64,000 nt of DNA, from NCBI GenBank assembly GCA_965651905.1, contig CBFGUG010000014.1, forward strand, positions 39,356 through 103,355, in the 5' to 3' direction. This document shows, one piece after another, positions 28,732 to 36,812 of this stretch. The notes under the pieces are model-generated. The model saw only the letters and a list, made by a program, of their open reading frames with translations, searched no databases and was not told the origin of the DNA. The position numbers and the translations under genes are program-made. How positions within the stretch are numbered: position 1 is the stretch's first letter; each line of letters starts with the position of its first letter. Source of the DNA: an uncultured bacterium. GTDB taxonomy: Bacteria; Myxococcota_A; Polyangia; Polyangiales; Polyangiaceae.

Positions 28732-29190
28732 GCACGTGTCAAGACACGCACCTGTTCCACCGAGTCACCAAAGCGACGTCGCGACGATCAGGCACATCGC
28801 ACGACCCCTCACGAAACACTGATTTCACCGTTCCGCGAAGTTAGCTCCCACGAGAATGCCCGTTGACATCTTCTGGCAAGTCCGGCGCTGAGCATCGCTC
28901 CGAAGATCTTCGCAATGGCGCCCGACTACTGGAGGCCGGTCCAGCGCAACGCCGATTCTTGGCGTCGCAGGCACCCACGGTAACCGCGCACACGATGACG
29001 CCCCACGCTTCACACCTGACGGATAAATTCCGTGCGTGGGGCTGATTACCGAAAAAACTCCCACGTCGTGAGGCTCGGAGCCGTCACCAACCCCAAAAGC
29101 ACCCGAGCGTGACTGTTAACTCTAATAACAGCAGACGCGGTGTGCTACACGGCACGCGCTCTCGACGATCCAAGAGCATGAGGAGGAGCA

Positions 29191-29925
29191 TTGGACACAT
29201 CGACGGTTACGGTAACCCGGCGCACGTTAGAGGAAACTCCCGGGCGGTCACTCACCTTTCTGCGCGCCGTGGCGCGCAAGGCGCACATCCGCCAGCGGCT
29301 TCAGAGTCGCGGCTACACACAGGCCGAACACGATAAGGGCTGGCGTCTGATCGGCCTCGTCTCGGGGGTAGATCTGCAGCTCCCCGCGCCCATCGAAGAT
29401 CACTCGGTGAGGCACGCGCTCGCGGAGCTGAACAGTCTCGACGAAGACACCCTGGCGCTCGTCGAACTGACGTTGAAACATCGGCATCCCGCGCAAGCCG
29501 AAGTGCTGCTCGGCGGGCTCAGCCCGACGCGCGATGAGGCCGGGGCCGTGGTCGTCATCGCCACCTTGAGCGAACGGCTAGATCAACTCGAACGAGAGAA
29601 GACCGACGAAGGGGACAAGGCCCTGGCGTTGCTTTCCGAGCGCGGCCTCGACAGCCAAGAGCGCGGCCGACTCAAGTCCCTCGTCGAACAGGCTCGCCGA
29701 GCAGCGCCGGTCGCCCAAACGCCGGACGCGGCAACGGCCGAAGCAGCCGAAGCGAGCTACCTCGAAAATCTCAAGCTGCTGCGCGCCTGGTACGAAGAGT
29801 GGAGCGGCATCGCGCGCATCGTCGTCAAACGCCGCGATCACCTGATCCAACTCGGGCTGGCCACCCGCCGCTCACCCAATACCAGCAACGACGATCCAGA
29901 CGACACGCAAGCTCTCGACACCTAA
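29191..29925 (+). CDS. Hypothetical helical protein
   Basis: 244-aa ORF with a TTG start preceded by AGGAGG (29181-29186). No motif recognised. Confidence 0.5.
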   Translation: MDTSTVTVTRRTLEETPGRSLTFLRAVARKAHIRQRLQSRGYTQAEHDKGWRLIGLVSGVDLQLPAPIEDHSVRHALAELNSLDEDTLALVELTLKHRHPAQAEVLLGGLSPTRDEAGAVVVIATLSERLDQLEREKTDEGDKALALLSERGLDSQERGRLKSLVEQARRAAPVAQTPDAATAEAAEASYLENLKLLRAWYEEWSGIARIVVKRRDHLIQLGLATRRSPNTSNDDPDDTQALDT

Positions 29926-30055
29926 ACCAGCTTCGCGCGCACTGCCGCAGTCTTCGCAAGCGCCAGGCGCGCACCGTTCCCGGGTCTCGAGCGGCGAGTT
30001 TACGCTTCTGACTACTTGGCGTGCGTCATCAGCGCCGTCAGCGCGCCCCGGCAGC

Positions 30056-30128
30056 AGCTTCGCGCGCGCGGACAACGCTTGGGGCACGCGCGCGAAGCTC
30101 CACCGAGCCCGCGCGAAGCCCTTCGCGC
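30056..30128. repeat. GC-rich palindromes built on GCGCGAAG/CTTCGCGC
   Basis: Perfect 13-bp inverted repeat AGCTTCGCGCGCG (30056-30068) / CGCGCGCGAAGCT (30087-30099), then GCGCGAAG-CC-CTTCGCGC (30111-30128). More copies of the 8-mer occur between 29926 and 30310. Confidence 0.7.
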
Positions 30129-30448
30129 ACGGAAAAATACATTCGCGCGCACGCGCATCGCCACTCCAGGCCCGTCCCAAGGCCCCGCGCGCGCGGCAGA
30201 AGCTTCGCGTTCAGCGCGCGACGGTCTTCCTGCGGAAGATTCACTCCTTTTTCGTGAGGACGGCGCGCGGTGCCTGCGGCGAAACACGCTGTGCCCGGGC
30301 GCGAAGCCCAAAGCTGCGCAAATCTCGCGCCTGTTCGAGGCAGACGAAGTGCGTCCCGACGCGGCCAGGGACTCCCGAAATCGCCCAGGTGGGGGCCCCG
30401 CGCCGACGTTCGGCTAGGCTACTACATGGCAGTAGGTTGCGTCGGGCG

Positions 30449-31369
30449 ATGAACACGATGAAATGGTTGGAAGCGCAGGTTGGTAGGCTGCCGCCGGTTC
30501 CTTGTGCGACGGCGCTTGGTATCGTGAGTCTGCTGGCGATTAGTGCGTGCTCGGCGCAAACCGGCTCTCGAGATCAGGAAGCGGACAGGCTGCTCGCGGG
30601 TGAACTGGAGCCTGCCGAGGTTGGTGAGTCGGCGGACGCTGGACCTCCGGGGAGCTTCGAATTGCTGCCGAGCAACCTGCCGGAGGATCCCATCCATTGC
30701 ACGCCTGACAGGGACCCGGCCTATCCTTTGTGCGAGTGGGCCGCATCCGTGGACACGGTGGTGATCGGACACATCGTGAGCGTCGATTTCGTGACCACAC
30801 CCGCCATTTACCGAGATGCCGAGGAATGGGTCGAGGCAGAGGAGTGTCCGCCGGGTCGGGAATCGAATTACGGCGGTCCTGCGCTGAACATCTCCATCGC
30901 GGTACAAGATTCACTGAAGGGACCAGCGGTAGCCGGAGAGATCGTCGAGGTGCGCGTAGGACCAACCATCACTATGAGGCGAATCCCTCAGGTAGTGCTC
31001 ACTGCAGAAGGAGAGATGGATTTTGTGTACGGCACGAAGACTGACTTCGAACCCATCTACGGCGTGGGAACCGCCGTCGGAATTGGCGCTATCTCCGTGG
31101 CGGACGGACGTTACCTGTCTGCTGGTGATGAACACTTCTTCACGTTCGACTCGGACGGTGCAATCAGCTGGGAGCCCCACGCCTGTCGACAACGGCAGGA
31201 GGAGGCCCAGACATACTCGGAACTCGTCGCGAAGCTCGCGTCGTGTGACGACGACGCCGACACCAAAGCCGCCGGCGAGGCAATCGCAGCCGCGCGCCGT
31301 CACAACTTGTCGTCCGCATCCGATTGGTATGCCGCTATCTGTGCGCGAGTAGCAACGGGAGAAGACTAA
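30449..31369 (+). CDS. Lipoprotein, function unknown
   Basis: The ATG at 30449 gives MNTMKWLEAQ...GIVSLLAISACSAQ (lipobox). No motif recognised. Confidence 0.55.
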   Translation: MNTMKWLEAQVGRLPPVPCATALGIVSLLAISACSAQTGSRDQEADRLLAGELEPAEVGESADAGPPGSFELLPSNLPEDPIHCTPDRDPAYPLCEWAASVDTVVIGHIVSVDFVTTPAIYRDAEEWVEAEECPPGRESNYGGPALNISIAVQDSLKGPAVAGEIVEVRVGPTITMRRIPQVVLTAEGEMDFVYGTKTDFEPIYGVGTAVGIGAISVADGRYLSAGDEHFFTFDSDGAISWEPHACRQRQEEAQTYSELVAKLASCDDDADTKAAGEAIAAARRHNLSSASDWYAAICARVATGED

Positions 31370-31395
31370 CAGGAGGAGAGAGGGTCGGACGACGT

Positions 31396-31644
31396 TCACT
31401 CTCCAAACACATCGCCGATCGACGCGGCGCTGAGGATGCGTTCCGTCCAAGCTTCGAGTTCGCTTGGCGAGGCCTCGCGCAGGCGCGCATCGGTGTCCGC
31501 ACCCAGGGGCCCAAACTCGAGCTCGAGTTGCCGTCGCAACATCGCCGCAACGCCTTCCGTTCGTCCTTCAGCTACGCCTTCGGCGCGTGCTTCTGCGCGG
31601 ATCTGGGGGGCGACGGAGGCGATGAGTCGTTCGGCGGCGGTCAT
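31396..31644 (-). CDS. Small stand-alone protein matching the C-terminal (DUF4351-like) tail of Rpn/YhgA-family proteins
   Basis: The ATG at 31644 (MTAAERLIASVAPQIRAEA...MLRRQLELEFGPLGADTDARLREASPSELEAWTERIL) has GAGGA 8 nt upstream. It is a paralogue of the tail of the adjacent 31676-32326 ORF. Confidence 0.45.
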   Translation of the reverse strand: MTAAERLIASVAPQIRAEARAEGVAEGRTEGVAAMLRRQLELEFGPLGADTDARLREASPSELEAWTERILSAASIGDVFGE

Positions 31645-31911
31645 TTCGGCGTCCTCGGTGCAGCCTGCCCGGTGTTCACTTCGAGAACACGTCGGTGATC
31701 GTCTCTGCACTGAGAATGCGTTCGCTCCAGCCTTCGAGCTGGCTGAGCGAGGCCTCGCGTAGGAGCACCTCAGTGTTCGGGTCGAGGGAACCGAACTTGA
31801 GCTCGAGCTGCCGTCGCAACATCCTGGCCGCTCCTTCGGTTTGCGCTTCTGCGCGGATCTGGGGGGCGACGGAGGCGATGAGTCGTTCGGCGGCGGTCAT
31901 TTCGGCGTCCT
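31589..31911. repeat. Tandem duplication of the Rpn tail module, including two identical 67-bp segments
   Basis: 31589-31655 and 31845-31911 are identical (GCTTCTGCGCGGATCTGGGGGGCGACGGAGGCGATGAGTCGTTCGGCGGCGGTCATTTCGGCGTCCT), offset by 256 bp. The flanking sequence is related but diverged. Confidence 0.9.
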
Positions 31912-32326
31912 TTCCGACGTTGCCCAGGTGGTGCGCGAAGGCGCGGATGTCTGTGCGCGGGAAGTCGGTCGAGTTGAGAATATAGAACAGGATGCGGGCC
32001 AGATCCATGAGGCCGTCGGGGCCTCGCGAGATGTCGAACCAGATGGTCATTTCGCGTGGAGTCTGGAGATCTTGCAGGAGGTTCGGGTTGCTGCGGGCGT
32101 CGCGCAGCAGGCGCAGAGTGGCGTACGCCAAAGACGAGAGCGCTCGCGCATGTAAGTCGTCGATGGACTGCTGGGTGAGATCGTCGAGCGCAAACTCGAA
32201 GTCGGGGATGAACGGAGACAACGCCGCGAGGGTGTCGTCATCTGCATCGAGCAGATCGCGCAAGCGACGAGAGTGACGCCAGCTGCGGCCGTCGGGTTCA
32301 CCTTGGAACAGGACCACCGGCAACAC
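31676..32326 (-). pseudogene. Rpn/YhgA-like (PD-(D/E)XK recombination-promoting nuclease) remnant lacking the N-terminal nuclease core
   Basis: The frame opens just upstream of ..SLPIVLPVVLFQGE, which lies after the catalytic core in Rpn proteins, and is closed by a TAG at 32381-32383. The C-terminus has the DUF4351-like RMLRRQLELKFGSLDPNTEVLLREASLSQLEGWSERIL. No D..(D/E)xK segment appears in any frame upstream. Confidence 0.6.
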
Positions 32327-32452
32327 GATCGGAAGCGAGCGAGTTTGCGACGGGCACTCCGACCGCCGTGCGTCCGGTTGCTAGAAGACTTGCGCGAGCA
32401 GCGCGTTCGCAAGCCGTCGAAATGTAAACCCCGTTCACTGACACGAACGGAG

Positions 32453-32650
32453 AACGACGCAGCACTCGCCGCACCTCACGTGTACTGACGCGGCGCTCTC
32501 CGCGCCTTGCGGGGGTAACGCCGCAGACTCTACGCGACTCACGAGGAGCTACGCCGCAGTGTTCGCGCCTCACGGGCAACGCCGCAGCACTGTCCGGACC
32601 TCGAGGCAAACGCGACCTTCCCCCGACCGCCCGCAGGCCGCAGGCCGAGG
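32453..32650. repeat. Degenerate tandem array of ~28-34 bp units (ACGCCGCAG...CGC..CTCACG...)
   Basis: Contiguous units start at 32453, 32487, 32517, 32551, 32579 and 32609. They are recognisably related but imperfect, with no unique spacers between them. Confidence 0.6.
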
Positions 32651-32681
32651 ACGGGACGTGGGGGAAGCTGGCCGCAGCGGT

Positions 32682-32706
32682 GGAAGAGTAACGGCCAGGT
32701 TTCGTC
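32682..32706 (+). promoter_or_regulatory. Possible ECF-type promoter upstream of the second ECF sigma gene
   Basis: GGAAG-N16-CGTC (GGAAG at 32682-32686, CGTC at 32703-32706), about 80 bp upstream of the GTG at 32785. It resembles the generic ECF GGAAC-N16-CGTC pattern with one mismatch. Confidence 0.2.
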
Positions 32707-32784
32707 AGTTGGGGCGGCCAGGATGGGGGCACCCCCACAGCATTTCGTCGACGCTTTGGCGACGTGATGCGTTAGGCTTGGGTC

Positions 32785-33408
32785 GTGAGCGTCGGGTGTC
32801 AATCGTCTGGGGCGGCATACCGGGAGATCCTGCGGGTGGCTCGGCGGTTCGTGGCGTCGGAGGACGACGCGCGGGATCTGGCGCAGGATGCGATCGAGAT
32901 TGCGCTGGCTCGGGGGTTTTCGGATTGGACGTCGCCGCTGCGTCGTTCGTGGTTGCACGGCGTGTTGCGGCGGCGCGCGGCGTTCGTGGCGCGCAGTGAT
33001 GGGCGGAGGCGGCGACGGGAGCTGGCCGTGACGGACGCGGCGAGTGAGAGTCGTTTGGCTTGGCGTTGGTCGCCGGAGTTTTTGGCGTCGCTGCCGCCGT
33101 CGTTGCGTGCCGTGGCGACGCTCGCTAGCGCGGATTTGGGCGCGGCGGAGATCCGCTGGCTGCTCCAGCTCGAACCGGGCACGTTGCGCGCTCGGCTGGC
33201 TGCGCTCAAACGTGCGGTGCAGACCCAGGGCGACGCCGCTCAGCTGCCTGCTGCGCCGCCGCAAGCGCCGTGGGGCGCTGCGCGAGCGCACGTGCTGACG
33301 GACGTCAAGCGACTGCCGGGCCAAGCGCTGGCCACTCACGATCCCGACGGCCACACGATTTTGTTGCGTGTTCGACCTAACAAACCCGCAGCGCTCGGCA
33401 ATAGGTAG
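32785..33408 (+). CDS. ECF-type RNA polymerase sigma factor
   Basis: Region 2-like YREILRVARRFVASEDDARDLAQDAIEIAL and region 4-like LPPSLRAVATLASADLGAAEIRWLLQLEPGTLRARLAALKRAV. No anti-sigma-like ORF is adjacent. Confidence 0.8.
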   Translation: MSVGCQSSGAAYREILRVARRFVASEDDARDLAQDAIEIALARGFSDWTSPLRRSWLHGVLRRRAAFVARSDGRRRRRELAVTDAASESRLAWRWSPEFLASLPPSLRAVATLASADLGAAEIRWLLQLEPGTLRARLAALKRAVQTQGDAAQLPAAPPQAPWGAARAHVLTDVKRLPGQALATHDPDGHTILLRVRPNKPAALGNR

Positions 33409-33425
33409 GCGAAAGGAGTTCTGAC

Positions 33426-33803
33426 ATGCCTACACACAAGCCGAAAATCAACGCGATCGCCGTCGTCTTCATGGTGCAGAGCCTGGAGCGGACCAAACAG
33501 TTTTACGCCGACGCCGTGGGCCTCGAACTGGAGCTCAGGGACGAGTACCTGATCGCGACCCTGCCGGGCGGCACGGAGGTACTGTTCTTCGAGGGCGAAG
33601 CCGTGCGCGGCACGTCACCGCAAGTGGTGTTCGGATTGGAGGAGGGCGGTATCGACACTGCTGCCGAATCACTCGCTGCCAAAGGCGTGCAGTTGCTGAC
33701 GCCCGTTTCGGAAGCGCCCGGCGGCTGGTCGCTCGAGTTCAAAGATCCCGACGGCCACCCCATCGCGTACTTTCAAGACGGTGCGCTGCCGCGGAAGCTC
33801 TGA
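33426..33803 (+). CDS. VOC/glyoxalase-family small protein
   Basis: 125 aa with a glyoxalase-like beta-alpha-beta-beta-beta pattern (INAIAVVFMVQSLERTKQFYADAVGLEL...EFKDPDGHPIAYFQ). AAAGGAG lies upstream of the ATG. Confidence 0.75.
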   Translation: MPTHKPKINAIAVVFMVQSLERTKQFYADAVGLELELRDEYLIATLPGGTEVLFFEGEAVRGTSPQVVFGLEEGGIDTAAESLAAKGVQLLTPVSEAPGGWSLEFKDPDGHPIAYFQDGALPRKL

Positions 33804-33838
33804 GCGCGTCACTTCAAGACAAGACTAGATCGCAACGA

Positions 33839-33867
33839 CCAGCCGAAACCTGACTCGTTTCGGCTGG
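33839..33867 (+). terminator. Perfect 11-bp stem hairpin after the VOC gene (no U-tract)
   Basis: CCAGCCGAAAC (33839-33849) / GTTTCGGCTGG (33857-33867) with a 7-nt loop. Confidence 0.45.
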
Positions 33868-34004
33868 GGTAATCGCGTCCGCGCAGATTTTCTGTGTGTT
33901 TCGTCAATCTCTTGCAAGACGTTCCGCGACGGATTGGCGCAAATGACGGCGTACTCGAAGCTCGCTCGCGTCACTGGCGCGCCGTGTTAGAGTGCCCGGG
34001 CGCG

Positions 34005-35579
34005 ATGGCTGACAACGTGACCCTGCCCTTCCGAGTCGGAGAGCTGATCGCCGGCAAGTACCGCATCGATGGCACGATTGGCGCCGGGGGCATGGGTGTG
34101 GTGCTCGCGGCCACACATTTGGATCTCGATCGCAAAGTGGCGGTCAAGCTGATCCGGCCTGAGCTGGCGGCGGACGAGTCCATCGTCGAGCGTCTGCTGC
34201 TCGAGGCCAAAGCGGCGGCGAAGATCCGCAGTCGTCACGTGGGTACGGTGCTCGACGTCGGGCGTCTGGATAGCAGCTCAGGTCAGGCTGGGGCTCCGTA
34301 CATCGTGATGGAGTACCTGGAGGGAGAAGATCTGGGTGCGCTGCTGCACCGCTGCGGCCGCTTGAGTGCGCTGGAGACCACGGATCTGGTGATGCAAGCC
34401 TGCGAGGCACTCGCCGAAGCGCACCAGGCCAGCATCGTGCATCGCGATCTCAAACCCGAGAACCTGTTCATCGTCACCACACCCGACGGCGGGCGACTGC
34501 TCAAGATCCTCGACTTCGGCATCGCCAAACAACTCGGCGATCCCGACCGCCGGGCGCTCACGAATCCGAGCACCGCCGTGGGCTCTCCGCAATACATGTC
34601 GCCAGAGCAGATGCAGGCGGGCGCCGTCGACACGCGCGCGGACATCTGGGCGCTCGGCGCGATCCTGTACGAGATGCTCGGTGGTCAGCCCGCGTTTGGA
34701 GGCGATACCCTGCCAGCGGTTTGCGCGAAAGTGCTCGGCGCACAGCCCGATCCATTGCACCAACACCTGCCCGATATCGCACCGAGGCTCGAAGCGCTGG
34801 TCATGCGTTGCCTCAGCAAGGATCCGAACAAGCGCTTCGCCTCCATCGCCGAGCTGGCGGCAGAGCTTCATCCGTTTGGCAGTGCGGCCGCACACGCTTC
34901 ATTCCGACGGGTTTACGCGATCGCGACGGGCAGCTCCGTATTGCCGAGCGGCGGGCAGTCGAGCTTGGGCACGACAGCGACCACGGGCCCAACCTTGCTG
35001 GCCGACGCGGGCAGCGCCGTCAATCCCGCAGCGGGTGCCGCGACGGGCCCGACCGAGGCCGGCAAGAGCACGGTCAAAGCCGTCTCGATGATCGCCGAGA
35101 CTTCCAGCCCCAAAAAGGGCAGCCCGCTTTCGTTCGTCGTCGCCATCGGCGCGGTACTCGTCGTCGGTGGCGGCGCGGCGTTCTGGGTGACGATGCAAGA
35201 GCGGGACGCTGCGCGAGCAGACGACAGCGCCGCTCCCGACCCGAGCGTAGCCGCCGCTGAACCCACGCCGCCGCCCGCCGCCACGGACGCAACCGGCACG
35301 GCGGCTCAGCCAACAGACGAAACAGCGAACGCTGACCAACCCAGCCCCCCCGACGGCGAGACGCCCGCCGCCGCGGACGCAGGTGCCGCAAACTCTGCGC
35401 CCAGGGGGAGACCGACCACGGGCGCAGCGGCCACGGGCGCAGAGGCCCCCGTCGACTCTACGCCCCAGCCCCGCGCCACCCCGCGGCCACGCCCCAGCCC
35501 GAAGCCGCGCCCCAAACCTTCCGAGCCGGCCCCAGGTGGCAACGCTTGGGATCCGGGCAATTTCGGCGGTCGCCACTGA
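34005..35579 (+). CDS. Hanks-type Ser/Thr protein kinase with a TM segment and P/A-rich extracytoplasmic tail
   Basis: GAGGMGVV, VAVKLI, HRDLKPENL, DFGIAK and SPEQ motifs, plus the TM segment LSFVVAIGAVLVVGGGAAFWV. The ATG at 34005 was chosen. Confidence 0.9.
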   Translation: MADNVTLPFRVGELIAGKYRIDGTIGAGGMGVVLAATHLDLDRKVAVKLIRPELAADESIVERLLLEAKAAAKIRSRHVGTVLDVGRLDSSSGQAGAPYIVMEYLEGEDLGALLHRCGRLSALETTDLVMQACEALAEAHQASIVHRDLKPENLFIVTTPDGGRLLKILDFGIAKQLGDPDRRALTNPSTAVGSPQYMSPEQMQAGAVDTRADIWALGAILYEMLGGQPAFGGDTLPAVCAKVLGAQPDPLHQHLPDIAPRLEALVMRCLSKDPNKRFASIAELAAELHPFGSAAAHASFRRVYAIATGSSVLPSGGQSSLGTTATTGPTLLADAGSAVNPAAGAATGPTEAGKSTVKAVSMIAETSSPKKGSPLSFVVAIGAVLVVGGGAAFWVTMQERDAARADDSAAPDPSVAAAEPTPPPAATDATGTAAQPTDETANADQPSPPDGETPAAADAGAANSAPRGRPTTGAAATGAEAPVDSTPQPRATPRPRPSPKPRPKPSEPAPGGNAWDPGNFGGRH

Positions 35580-35816
35580 AGGCCGCGCTCGCCCCGCATC
35601 GGGACACTCCCGGCGCTCCTGCGTGAATCGGCAACACCGCCGCGCCTCGACGGATGGTTGGATCCGCCGCGCAATCCCGCTACAAATGGCCCGACGTAAC
35701 CCGACACGGGAAATCCTCAACGGACACACGCCCGTACTGGAGACGCTGCGATGAGTTCTTTCTTTCTTGGTTCGATCTTTCAGACGCAGAGCAGGCGCGT
35801 TCCCCAGCGCGGGGGC

Positions 35817-36812
35817 ATGGCTTGGCCAGTCGCGTGGTTGTTCGCTGCCCTGCTGCTGCTAGCTAGTTCAACGGCCTGGGCACAAGCCTCAGCCGCCAAC
35901 AAGGCCGCCGCCGAAGCGCTGTTCGAACAAGGTCGCAGCTTGGCCGAGGCCGGACGATACGACGAGGCTTGCGCCAAGTTCGAGGCCAGTCAGCAACTCG
36001 ACGCGGGGCTCGGCACCTTGCTGCATTTAGCAGACTGTTACGAGAAAGCCGGCAAGTTGGCTAGCTCCTGGGCGACCTTCGAGGAAGCGGCGTCCCTCGC
36101 TCGCGCGCGAGGTGAATCGCAGCGCGTGGAGATCGCACAAACGCGAGCCACGGCGCTCGAACCCCAACTCATCCGCGTCGTGATCAAAGCGCCCACGCCG
36201 AGGCCCGAGGGCTTTTCGGTCGAACGTAACGGTACGCAGATCCCCGCTGCGGCGTTCAACGCGCCGGTCCCCGTCGATCCTGGTGTGTGGTTGATCCGCG
36301 CCGCCGCCCCCGACCATCAGCCATTCGAAATCAGCTTGACGCTGAACCCCGGCGACGTCGGGCCGCATGTGATCGAGATCCCACCTCTAGTGCAATCGAC
36401 GCAAACGCTGGACACGACGCCCTCCCCCGCGCCGAGTGAGCAGCCCGCGCAGCCGCCGATCCTGGACGAAACCGAGGCGGACAAAGGGGGCGCCTCGCAG
36501 AAGACACTGGGGCTGATCATCGGTAGCGCTGGCGTGGTTGCGGTAGTGGTGGGCAGCATCTTCGCGATCATGGCCAACAGCGCCAACGACAACTCGAAAG
36601 ACAACTGCAGCAGCGACGACAGCAACGCTTGCACCGCCCAAGGGGTGCGTGATCGGGAAGACGCGCAGACCAACGCCAGTGTCGCCACTGTCGCCAACAT
36701 CATCGGCGTCGCGGCCATCGCCGGCGGCGCCACGTTGGTGCTGACCGCTCCCGACGACGAGAGCAACGAACCACTGTCGGGCGCCGTCCTGCAACTGCGG
36801 GGGACGTGGTGA
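35817..36812 (+). CDS. Secreted TPR-like protein with a C-terminal membrane anchor
   Basis: Signal MAWPVAWLFAALLLLASSTAWAQ; TPR-like AEALFEQGRSLAEAGRYDEACAKFEAS; TM segment near the C-terminus (LGLIIGSAGVVAVVVGSIFAI). An alternative start lies at 35751. Confidence 0.55.
   Translation: MAWPVAWLFAALLLLASSTAWAQASAANKAAAEALFEQGRSLAEAGRYDEACAKFEASQQLDAGLGTLLHLADCYEKAGKLASSWATFEEAASLARARGESQRVEIAQTRATALEPQLIRVVIKAPTPRPEGFSVERNGTQIPAAAFNAPVPVDPGVWLIRAAAPDHQPFEISLTLNPGDVGPHVIEIPPLVQSTQTLDTTPSPAPSEQPAQPPILDETEADKGGASQKTLGLIIGSAGVVAVVVGSIFAIMANSANDNSKDNCSSDDSNACTAQGVRDREDAQTNASVATVANIIGVAAIAGGATLVLTAPDDESNEPLSGAVLQLRGTW

Noticed and set aside
32453-32650. The possibility that the ~30-bp repeat tract is a CRISPR array.
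   Set aside because: The units are contiguous and degenerate, with no alternation of a conserved repeat and unique spacers. No cas genes are in the window.
28732-33408. Treating the whole 28.7-33.4 kb accessory-looking patch as an integrated mobile element or genomic island.
   Set aside because: I saw no integrase, tRNA target, flanking direct repeats or intact transposase. Only a decayed Rpn remnant and local repeats are present, so island boundaries cannot be supported.
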